From: a virus
Taxonomy: Duplodnaviria > Caudoviricetes
Reading direction: 5' to 3' (one strand)
DNA: 62,756 nucleotides
IMG/VR virus record: IMGVR_UViG_3300034105_003214
Span: 1 to 62,756 of that record
Below, in pieces: positions 40,243-47,565 of the stretch. The notes beneath the pieces were generated by a model. The model did not search any database, was not told the DNA's origin, and was given only the letters and a program-made list of their open reading frames with translations. The position numbers were made by a program, and so were the translations under genes. Positions within the stretch are counted from its first letter, which is position 1; each line of letters starts with the position of its first letter.

Positions 40243-40617
40243 ATGGCAAAATATTTGGCAAAATTTAGCAGCGTGGTAAATGAAATCGAAATTAGTGGTT
40301 TTATTGTCATGAATGAAAGAGAAGTTGAAAACTTCGAAGAATTAGCATTAAGCATTACATGGGATTTCGTATATGAATTTGGTGAAGATAACCAATTTCA
40401 ATTAGAATTTTCAGATGGTGAAGATTTATTATCTAGGATTGAATTTAAAGAAATATCCTTAGATGAAGCAAAAACATTAAAACGATTGTTTAACGATGAA
40501 TTTGGAACCTTTATAGGTGAAGCATTCTTAGAACAAGTTATAGGTGAAGAAGATTCAGATTTCGATGATGAAGATGAAGACGACTATGACGATATTAATT
40601 ATGAAACAGATTATTAA
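40243..40617 (+). CDS. Acidic hypothetical protein
   Basis: D/E-rich ORF. Confidence 0.6.
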   Translation: MAKYLAKFSSVVNEIEISGFIVMNEREVENFEELALSITWDFVYEFGEDNQFQLEFSDGEDLLSRIEFKEISLDEAKTLKRLFNDEFGTFIGEAFLEQVIGEEDSDFDDEDEDDYDDINYETDY

Positions 40618-41479
40618 ACATTACCAACAACCTAATGGAATTAGCTGCGGTCCAACATGTATAATGATGGCCTACGAAGCACTTCCACAAACACCTAAAA
40701 AACAGCACTACTCAATCATGGAAATTTGTGATTTTTGTGGTACTGATAATATAACTGGTACTCCACCAGAAAGACTTGAAAAAGGTATGAATGCATTGGG
40801 TATGAATTATATCCATCATGTAAAATCGCAAGAACCATTCCAACATTTAAAATCAGTTCTAGATAATGGTAATTTACCAATGCTTAGAACTTTTACTCAT
40901 GGTATTCCACATTGGATTATTATAAGTGGGTATGATGATAATAAATATTATGCAAATGACCCATGGCAAGGTGAAATGACATATAGTGAAGAAGAATTAA
41001 GTACTATTTGGATTGGAAGACACTATGAATTTTATGAAATTGAAATGCTTGTAATAAAACAAGGTATACCAAAAGAAAGACTTAATGAAATTATGGAATG
41101 GTCGTTCCCTTACTTTACACACGTTATTACCGAAGGTTATTTCAATATAGTTGTTGAAAATCAAACTGACCTAGAAAAATCAGCAATGATAATTGATAGG
41201 GATAATAATATACGTGGTGCTTATTTGATAGGTAATAGTCAATTACGTCATTTAGATTTTCATGATTTAAAAGGTGTTGAAGGTGTTCTTTTAGCAATTG
41301 ATGAATCCATAAGAGGTAGAGGTTGGGGAAACAGACTTAAAGACTACCCTAAAACTCTTGGTGTTGATTATATTTGGGGACAACAAGCAAAAGGTCTAAA
41401 TAATATAAAAGATTGGTTAAAACGCAGAGAATTGATTAATGAAAGTGGTGGTGTATATATAACAGCTGAATTTTTTTAA
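40601..41479 (+). CDS. Peptidase C39-like domain fused to a GNAT-like domain
   Basis: QQPNGISCGPTC...HWIIISGYD...NDPW; IDESIRGRGWGNRL; ATG at 40601. Confidence 0.7.
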   Translation: MKQIIKHYQQPNGISCGPTCIMMAYEALPQTPKKQHYSIMEICDFCGTDNITGTPPERLEKGMNALGMNYIHHVKSQEPFQHLKSVLDNGNLPMLRTFTHGIPHWIIISGYDDNKYYANDPWQGEMTYSEEELSTIWIGRHYEFYEIEMLVIKQGIPKERLNEIMEWSFPYFTHVITEGYFNIVVENQTDLEKSAMIIDRDNNIRGAYLIGNSQLRHLDFHDLKGVEGVLLAIDESIRGRGWGNRLKDYPKTLGVDYIWGQQAKGLNNIKDWLKRRELINESGGVYITAEFF

Positions 41480-41498
41480 TATTATAGAATATTTATAT
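41397..41498 (+). repeat. 102-bp direct repeat, copy 1
   Basis: Identical to 41958-42059 except at 41407. Confidence 0.95.
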
Positions 41499-41513
41499 AT
41501 AAACTTAATATAA

Positions 41514-41960
41514 ATGAGAAGGATAGAAAAAAAATTAAACATTCAAAAAGTTAATTTATTAACTGAACAAAGATATGTCGAAAATAAAGATTCAATAAAA
41601 CGTATCGATGAAAACGATAAACCACCTTATATTGGTACTAATCATAACGAGGTAAATATTTTATATAATTTAACTGGCGATGATTATTCTTATGTTCCAG
41701 CAAACCTTAAATATTTGAGTATTAATACTGATAATACATCGTTTAATACTCAAATACCACATTTTACTGATGAAGAACAATATCAAGAAAGTATTAAACG
41801 TAAAGATTTTTTCTTTATTTATTATAACGGTAATAGATATCTTTATTTACCACATCATAAAATACTATTTGATAAATCAGCGAATAAAATAATTGGAAAA
41901 GATAAAAATCCAGTATTTAATGACCAAATGAATCGAATAATTTATAACACAGTTAATTAA
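41514..41960 (+). CDS. Hypothetical protein between the 102-bp direct repeats
   Basis: ORF. Confidence 0.6.
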   Translation: MRRIEKKLNIQKVNLLTEQRYVENKDSIKRIDENDKPPYIGTNHNEVNILYNLTGDDYSYVPANLKYLSINTDNTSFNTQIPHFTDEEQYQESIKRKDFFFIYYNGNRYLYLPHHKILFDKSANKIIGKDKNPVFNDQMNRIIYNTVN

Positions 41961-42059
41961 ATAATATTAAAGATTGGTTAAAACGCAGAGAATTGATTAA
42001 TGAAAGTGGTGGTGTATATATAACAGCTGAATTTTTTTAATATTATAGAATATTTATAT
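41958..42059 (+). repeat. 102-bp direct repeat, copy 2
   Basis: Duplicates the 3' end of the C39-GNAT gene and the ATATTTAT box. Confidence 0.95.
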
Positions 42060-42071
42060 TAAAATAGTATT

Positions 42072-42689
42072 ATGAAAAAAATTATATTAAACGAAGTTGA
42101 TAAAAAAGAAATCATCAATCAAAGAGAAAAAGTTATTGTTGAAAACTTTGCTAAAACATTTAATTCTATCAAACGTGTTGATGAAGAAACGATAAAACCA
42201 AAAGATATTTCTAAAAAATTTATTATTTATCCTAATTTTAAAGGTGTAGACCCTTCACCTATAATTGGACAAAATAAAATTATAAATGTGGCAGATGCAT
42301 TAGGAAACGAACCTAATAAAGATTATAAATACTTCACATCAGGTAAATTACCTGATGGAACCGAGGTAAAACAATATGTGGATAATATGATTCAAAACGC
42401 TAAAAATGGTGGTTGGAAATCTTTTAAACCAGTAGTAGCAATCGAACATCCATTACTTTCAGGTAAATATGCTGTTATAGATGGAAATCATAGATTAGGT
42501 GCTTTTAAAATGGGAAAAATACCTCAAATAAATGCTACAATAATAAATTATGATGATATATTATTAGCCACTCCCGAAAGTATATGGCAAGATGGTAAAA
42601 CACCAGAAACCATTAGTTTAAATGACGCTAAAGATAAAGGTATTGATTTAAAACAATATTTTACAACAAAAGATTTACAATTAAATTAA
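42072..42689 (+). CDS. ParB/sulfiredoxin-like domain protein
   Basis: FKPVVA...YAVIDGNHRL. Confidence 0.6.
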   Translation: MKKIILNEVDKKEIINQREKVIVENFAKTFNSIKRVDEETIKPKDISKKFIIYPNFKGVDPSPIIGQNKIINVADALGNEPNKDYKYFTSGKLPDGTEVKQYVDNMIQNAKNGGWKSFKPVVAIEHPLLSGKYAVIDGNHRLGAFKMGKIPQINATIINYDDILLATPESIWQDGKTPETISLNDAKDKGIDLKQYFTTKDLQLN

Positions 42690-42834
42690 AAAAACTTGCA
42701 TAGTATTTAAACTTTTTGTATCTTTGTACATATTTAATAATAAACACAAAAAGATTAAAAAAAAAATAGCAAAAAACTTGACTTGTATTAAATAAGTTAG
42801 TATATTTGCAAAGAAATTAAAAACAAACAAAAAA

Positions 42835-42936
42835 ATGACAACAATTAACATACATATGATATCGATTAGCAATTGGAGACGTAATAGTCGCCCAGTAGCA
42901 GGTATGTGTAATTGTCAAGGTGGTACGGAAGTATAA
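42835..42936 (+). CDS. Putative attenuator leader peptide (33 aa) of the tRNA operon
   Basis: MTTINIHMISISNWRRNSRPVAGMCNCQGGTEV*, after promoter box 42801 and an A-rich start context; codons 4-19 match the downstream tRNAs. Confidence 0.75.
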   Translation: MTTINIHMISISNWRRNSRPVAGMCNCQGGTEV

Positions 42937-42958
42937 CTCAAAACAAAATATAACAATT

Positions 42959-42994
42959 AAAACCTGACTACATCAAAACTAGTCAGGTTTTTTT
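42959..42994 (+). terminator. Attenuator terminator (3:4 hairpin)
   Basis: AAAACCTGACTA-CATCAAAAC-TAGTCAGGTTTTTTT. Confidence 0.85.
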
Positions 42995-43000
42995 ATTTTA

Positions 43001-43180
43001 ATGAATATGGGAAATCTAGTGAGAAATTTAGGAAAAGAAAAAACTGTTAACTTAATGAAAGATTTTGACCTCATAGTTGACAAGTATAGAAAGATAGCTG
43101 ATGCAAGTGGTTATCATGGTGAATTAAGATTTCAAAAAGAAGGTGGGTTTACCATTATCTTTGTTGATATAAAAGAATAA
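43001..43180 (+). CDS. Hypothetical 59-aa protein, first gene after the attenuator (not in ORF track)
   Basis: MNMGNLVRNLGKEKTV...IIFVDIKE*. Confidence 0.5.
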   Translation: MNMGNLVRNLGKEKTVNLMKDFDLIVDKYRKIADASGYHGELRFQKEGGFTIIFVDIKE

Positions 43181-43183
43181 AAT

Positions 43184-43275
43184 GGAAGGGTAAGCCGAGT
43201 TGGTCTAGCGGCAGCCGCCTTGAAAGCGGAGGGTCCCGTAAAACGGATGTGTGGGTTCGAGTCCCACTCCTTCTT
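43184..43275 (+). tRNA. tRNA-Ser(TGA)
   Basis: CCGC-CTTGAAA-GCGG, long variable arm, GTGGG-TTCGAGT-CCCAC. Confidence 0.85.
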
Positions 43276-43281
43276 CAAAAT

Positions 43282-43352
43282 ACGTCTATGGTGCAACGGT
43301 AGCATCACGCTCTCCAAAAGCGTTGATGGGGGTTCGAATCCCTCTGGACGTG
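43282..43352 (+). tRNA. tRNA-Trp(CCA)
   Basis: ACGTCTA/TGGACGT; ACGCT-CTCCAAA-AGCGT. Confidence 0.9.
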
Positions 43353-43356
43353 CAAA

Positions 43357-43463
43357 GCTAATCACCGCAAAAATGCGGAGAATAGCCAGATAATCACCGC
43401 ATAGTTTATAACTTTTAAAGTTACAGGCGATTATCACCGCAGAAATGAGGTAAAGATAAACTA
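43357..43463 (+). repeat. Three ATCACCGCA copies within a structured spacer
   Basis: Copies at 43361, 43393, 43433; CCGCA-AAAA-TGCGG hairpin. Confidence 0.7.
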
Positions 43464-43468
43464 AATAT

Positions 43469-43540
43469 GGTATTTCAAGCTTTAAGGTGAAGCGTCAGAC
43501 TGTGAATCTGAAGAACTCGGTTCGATACCGTGGTTATACC
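43469..43540 (+). tRNA. tRNA-His(GTG), mismatched acceptor stem
   Basis: G-1; TCAGA-CTGTGAA-TCTGA; CGG-TTCGATA-CCG. Confidence 0.7.
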
Positions 43541-43611
43541 CAAATATAATAAAAAAATGAAAAAAGAATTTGATATGCTTTGAGGTCTACTAAACAATAG
43601 ACTGAAAAGTT

Positions 43612-43803
43612 ATGAGTGTAAACACAAACAGAATGAAGTTGAAAAAAGCAACTTGTTCTAAAGATTACAGAATTATTTGGTTAAAATTTGAATACCCACC
43701 TTATTGGGATGAGGGTGTTTATTACAGAAAAGGTCAGTTCTCTCACAAATATAGAGAACATAAAACTTGGAAGTATAACCGAAAAACACAATGGAAGTCA
43801 TAG
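43612..43803 (+). CDS. Small basic hypothetical protein within tRNA cluster
   Basis: ...KTWKYNRKTQWKS; preceded by minigene 43557-43583. Confidence 0.55.
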   Translation: MSVNTNRMKLKKATCSKDYRIIWLKFEYPPYWDEGVYYRKGQFSHKYREHKTWKYNRKTQWKS

Positions 43804-43814
43804 ACTTCCAAAAT

Positions 43815-43886
43815 AGGTGTGTGGTGAAATGGTTATCACGCAAGACTGATACTTTTGTATTTTGGGTTCGAGTCCCAACATGCCTA
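43815..43886 (+). tRNA. tRNA-Ile(GAT)
   Basis: AGGTGTG/CATGCCT; CAAGA-CTGATAC-TTTTG; TTGGG-TTCGAGT-CCCAA. Confidence 0.8.
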
Positions 43887-43894
43887 CTAAATAT

Positions 43895-43968
43895 TGCCTT
43901 GTAGCTCAGATGGTTAGAGCACCGCACTCATAATGCGTAGGTCTTGGGTTCGAGCCCCAGCGAGGCAA
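43895..43968 (+). tRNA. tRNA with CAT anticodon (Met or lysidine Ile2)
   Basis: TGCCTTG/CGAGGCA; CGCA-CTCATAA-TGCG. Confidence 0.85.
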
Positions 43969-44019
43969 CAATATCAGCCAAATGTTGTATTTAAAGTATA
44001 GATTTGGCTGGTAATAAAT

Positions 44020-44093
44020 TCCTCAGTAACTCAATTGGTTAGAGTGCCACTCTGTTAAAGTGGAAGTTCCAGGTTCAAAGCCTGGCTGAGGAG
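44020..44093 (+). tRNA. tRNA-Asn(GTT)
   Basis: TCCTCAG/CTGAGGA; CCACT-CTGTTAA-AGTGG. Confidence 0.9.
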
Positions 44094-44098
44094 CGTAA

Positions 44099-44170
44099 TG
44101 GCGAGGGTTATTGGAAAACGTTCATCCCTCATAAAGATGAATAAATGGGCTCGGCTCCCATACTCGCTAC
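44099..44170 (+). tRNA. Degenerate tRNA(CAT)-like element
   Basis: TGGCGAG/CTCGCTA; TCATC-C-CTCATAA-A-GATGA; atypical T-loop CTCGGCT. Confidence 0.45.
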
Positions 44171-44174
44171 AAAT

Positions 44175-44247
44175 GGCTCTATCGTTCAACTGGATAGGAC
44201 TTAGCACTACGAATGCTAGAATTGGGGTTCGAATCCCTGTAGGGCTA
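44175..44247 (+). tRNA. tRNA-Arg(ACG)
   Basis: TAGCA-CTACGAA-TGCTA; GGG-TTCGAAT-CCC. Confidence 0.88.
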
Positions 44248-44296
44248 CTTGACTTTTTTGTCCTTTATGTTATATTTATTATAAAAGATATAACAT

Positions 44297-44917
44297 ATGG
44301 CAAGAAAAGTAAGAAATATACATTACATATATAAAACAACATGTAATGTAACAGGAAAATGGTATGTTGGTATGCATAGTGCATATACATTAGAAGATGG
44401 ATACATGGGTAGCGGAAGAATACTAAAACGTAGTATAAGAAAATATGGTGTGGAAAAACATACTAAAGAAATTCTAGAATTTTGTGATTCTAAAGAAGCG
44501 TTGGTTTTTAGAGAATCCGAGATTGTTACTAAAGAATTGATTTCTGACGGTAAATGTATGAACCTTAAAGAAGGTGGTTGTGGTGGGTTTATTAGTTATG
44601 AAATTTCAAAACGTGGTGGTGACGCTCTTAAAAATAAATTAGAACAAGATTTAGAATTTAGTGAGAAACATAGAAAGATAGTTTCTAACAATATGAAACA
44701 ATTACATTTAGATAAAAAATCTTATGATTGGATTGGAAAAAATCACTCAGAAGAAACTAAAAAAATAATGTCTGAACAAAGAAAAAATACAGGTATTGGT
44801 GAAGCAAATTCACAATATGGTACTTGTTGGATAACCAAAGATGGTGAGAACAAAAAAATAAAAAAAGAAGTCCTTGAAATTTGGCTTGAACAAAACTGGG
44901 TAATAGGTAGAGCATAA
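44297..44917 (+). CDS. Seg-like GIY-YIG homing endonuclease inside the tRNA cluster
   Basis: YIYKTT...WYVGMH, YMGSG, NLKEGG, HSEETKK. Confidence 0.85.
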   Translation: MARKVRNIHYIYKTTCNVTGKWYVGMHSAYTLEDGYMGSGRILKRSIRKYGVEKHTKEILEFCDSKEALVFRESEIVTKELISDGKCMNLKEGGCGGFISYEISKRGGDALKNKLEQDLEFSEKHRKIVSNNMKQLHLDKKSYDWIGKNHSEETKKIMSEQRKNTGIGEANSQYGTCWITKDGENKKIKKEVLEIWLEQNWVIGRA

Positions 44918-44923
44918 TTATTT

Positions 44924-44996
44924 GCCTTCATAGCATAAATGGAAATGCAACATCCTTCTAAGATGTATAATCGGGGTTCGAATCCCTGTGGGGGTA
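44924..44996 (+). tRNA. tRNA-Arg(TCT)
   Basis: ACATC-CTTCTAA-GATGT; GGG-TTCGAAT-CCC. Confidence 0.88.
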
Positions 44997-45003
44997 CTAA
45001 ATT

Positions 45004-45090
45004 GGAGAGTAGACTAATATTGGTTTGTGGTGGCACCCTGCTAAGGTGTTCCGTGTAATAGCGGTGAGGGTTCGATTCCCTTGCTCTCCG
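45004..45090 (+). tRNA. tRNA-Ser(GCT)
   Basis: GGAGAGT/GCTCTCC; GCACC-CTGCTAA-GGTGT; long variable arm. Confidence 0.85.
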
Positions 45091-45131
45091 CACTTTTATA
45101 TAAATCTACATATTTATCAATAAACACTATT

Positions 45132-46169
45132 ATGTTATTAACGATAATGAAAAATATGGAGAAAGCCCAAAATTATGGGTCGATGTTTGGTCAAGATGTT
45201 GAACCAACAGGAACTTATGTCCTTGAAAAAGATTTTGACCGAAAACTTGATAAGCCATGGGTTGAGGGTCAAGCTGATATTAGAAATCCACTTATTATCG
45301 ATGTTGATGATGACACACTTATTTCCTACAAATACGAATTAGCAAAAAAATACAAAGCCAAAGGTAAACGTTTAACTGAAAAATTAATGAATGCTGGTTA
45401 TGATGCTATTATTACTATGCGAAATGGTAGTACTGGTGAGATAATATTATTTCCAAATTGTAAATTTATGTTAGATAGTTTAGATGAAACTAAGACGTTT
45501 ATTAAAAAAAGACTATCCGAAAGCTTAACTCATAAGCTAATTGAATCATATTTGGAAGAAGACTATCCAACAAACTTTGATTTAAAAGAATTCTCAAAAC
45601 TAACCAGCTATAACAAGCGGATTCAATATTGTCAAGAAAGACTAAAGAGAATTTCTTCTGGGTCCTCCAGAATTGTTTATATGGTTGATGATACCAAAGT
45701 ATTAAAAATTGCTAAAAATAAAAAAGGTCTTGCTCAAAACGATGTTGAAGCAACAAATTCCAATTATCATGACATTAAAGATATTACTGCTAGAGTATTT
45801 GCTTATGATGACAATGATTTATGGATTGAAATGGAATTGGCTAGAAAAGTAACACCACAAATTTTTCAACAAGTTATTGGTTTTACTTTTGATGATTATT
45901 GTGGGGCCATTAGTAATTACTATTCGAATAATAACCCACAAAAAGCTAGATATATTAGAAAATACAATATAGATAAAGAAACAGTTGATGCTATGTGGGA
46001 AAATGAATTTATTAAAGATATTTTTTCTTTTTTAGGTGGATATGAGGTACCTGTTGGTGATTTATGTAAACTTAATTCATATGGATTAGTAAAAAGAAAT
46101 GGTGAAGATACTATTGTAATGATTGATTATGGAATAACGTCAGATGTGTGGGATGAATATTATGGATAA
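45132..46169 (+). CDS. Two-domain protein: ART-like N-part plus protein-kinase-like C-part
   Basis: NPLIID...GYDAII...EIILF; SSGSSRIVY, VLKIAK, VGDL..LNSYG, VMIDYG; start moved to ATG 45132 because the listed start overlaps a tRNA. Confidence 0.55.
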   Translation: MLLTIMKNMEKAQNYGSMFGQDVEPTGTYVLEKDFDRKLDKPWVEGQADIRNPLIIDVDDDTLISYKYELAKKYKAKGKRLTEKLMNAGYDAIITMRNGSTGEIILFPNCKFMLDSLDETKTFIKKRLSESLTHKLIESYLEEDYPTNFDLKEFSKLTSYNKRIQYCQERLKRISSGSSRIVYMVDDTKVLKIAKNKKGLAQNDVEATNSNYHDIKDITARVFAYDDNDLWIEMELARKVTPQIFQQVIGFTFDDYCGAISNYYSNNNPQKARYIRKYNIDKETVDAMWENEFIKDIFSFLGGYEVPVGDLCKLNSYGLVKRNGEDTIVMIDYGITSDVWDEYYG

Positions 46170-46959
46170 AAAATTAATTAAAAAACAACTCCGAGAATCA
46201 TTATTAACTGAATTTGTTGGACAAGAAATGGTTTCATTAAAAAGATATTTCTCAATGACTGATGAAGAAAAGAAATCTTATTTACCACATGAATATCCTT
46301 ATGAATTTGATACGTTTTTAGATGAAGAGGGTTTAGAAACTGACATTGAAGGTGAACCATATGAAATTACTGATATTTTATTTGATAAAAACCCAGAACT
46401 ATACAATCAATTTGCTCAATGGTTATATGATAAAATAATGGACCATGATTTAAACATAAATGATGCTGATTTACCAGCTTGGTCATTTTTTGACAACCCT
46501 AGATTAGTTAAAAACCAGTGGTTGATTCATTTTACTGACGATGCTGAAGGGATAGCCAGACAAGGGTTTAAATATGGTGTTGATGAAATAGATAAATTAG
46601 CATTGACGACACACTTGGGTGAATTTGAAAAGAAATACGGTGGTTATAACTTTGCTTATGATATTGATAGATATGCAAGATATGCACATAGCAATCATGG
46701 TCGTGGTTTTAAATACGGCAAAGAAGCAGTGATTTTTAGAGCTTCAGGTATGGAATTATGGCATTATGGAGATGAAGAACCACAAGTTATATTTTATGGC
46801 AACACAGCAAAGAGTATTATCCCTATTACTGAAGGTGAAGAACGTCAATGGGCGGTTAAAAGTGTAAAGAGTGGAAGAAGTCTTTACGAGAGTGATGAAT
46901 TTGATGATGTAGTTGTTTGGGTACTTAGAAATTTCATTCAATATAGAAAACAACTTTAA
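46162..46959 (+). CDS. Hypothetical protein with IKKQLRES leader, possible ART-like fold
   Basis: WLIHFTDDA..IA..GF...DEEPQ. Confidence 0.5.
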   Translation: MDKKLIKKQLRESLLTEFVGQEMVSLKRYFSMTDEEKKSYLPHEYPYEFDTFLDEEGLETDIEGEPYEITDILFDKNPELYNQFAQWLYDKIMDHDLNINDADLPAWSFFDNPRLVKNQWLIHFTDDAEGIARQGFKYGVDEIDKLALTTHLGEFEKKYGGYNFAYDIDRYARYAHSNHGRGFKYGKEAVIFRASGMELWHYGDEEPQVIFYGNTAKSIIPITEGEERQWAVKSVKSGRSLYESDEFDDVVVWVLRNFIQYRKQL

Positions 46960-46961
46960 AT

Positions 46962-47528
46962 ATGAAAAAATTAATTAGACAACAACTTAGAGAATCATTA
47001 TTACCAGAAGCAATTGCTGGTGGAGAATATCATGTCTTTCATGGTAGCCCAACCAAGATAAATAAATTTATTGATGATTTTGTTGGTGGTCAAGAAGCAT
47101 TTGATAGAGAAGGTCCTGGTATTTATTTTACAACATCAGAAGAAGAGGCAAATCGTTATGGTGAAAACGTTTATAGTGTAATTTTAAAACCTAATATTTT
47201 ATTTGATGAGGTTCCTATAAACAAAGTTAAAATAAGACCTTTTATGAAAAAATTAGCTATGATGGCTGATGATTGGGAAGGTTCGGCACAAAATTGGGGT
47301 GAAGACCCAATAAGAGGTATTCAAACATTTATTGAAGATTCTATGGAATATAATGATAATGAAAAAGATTGTATTCTCCAAGTATGGATTGATTTTTATA
47401 GGTATAATCCAGTTGAATTTGTTAGAAATTGTGTATCGTTGGGTATTGATGGTATTATAGTAAATAAAGACTATGAAGATATAAAACATATAATAGTTTA
47501 TAATCCTTCTATAATTAATATTAAATAA
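46962..47528 (+). CDS. ADP-ribosyltransferase-like (ART-PolyVal-type) protein with IRQQLRES leader
   Basis: VFHGSP, GPGIYFTTS..EA.RYG, GIDGII, IVYNP. Confidence 0.6.
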   Translation: MKKLIRQQLRESLLPEAIAGGEYHVFHGSPTKINKFIDDFVGGQEAFDREGPGIYFTTSEEEANRYGENVYSVILKPNILFDEVPINKVKIRPFMKKLAMMADDWEGSAQNWGEDPIRGIQTFIEDSMEYNDNEKDCILQVWIDFYRYNPVEFVRNCVSLGIDGIIVNKDYEDIKHIIVYNPSIINIK

Positions 47529-47565
47529 AGTTGTTTATATCATTTATTATTAGTATTTTTGCAAA

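Noticed and set aside
41397-42059. DGR template/variable repeat or IS element
   Set aside because: Single mismatch, no adenine-specific pattern, no reverse transcriptase or transposase, no terminal inverted repeats.
43357-43463. Lambda-type operator (TATCACCGC resemblance)
   Set aside because: Only a half-site match, inside a tRNA transcript, with no CI/Cro-like gene in the window.
43972-44012. Hairpin ATCAGCCAAAT/ATTTGGCTGGT between tRNAs as a separate gene
   Set aside because: Simple stem-loop with no tRNA arms or U-tract; probably a spacer or processing structure, with insufficient evidence for more.
43132-45093. ORFs 43132-43437, 43673-43927, 44098-44334 and 44743-45093
   Set aside because: They overlap tRNA genes; translations such as RPEGFEPP and PPQGFEPR are typical tRNA-antisense artefacts.
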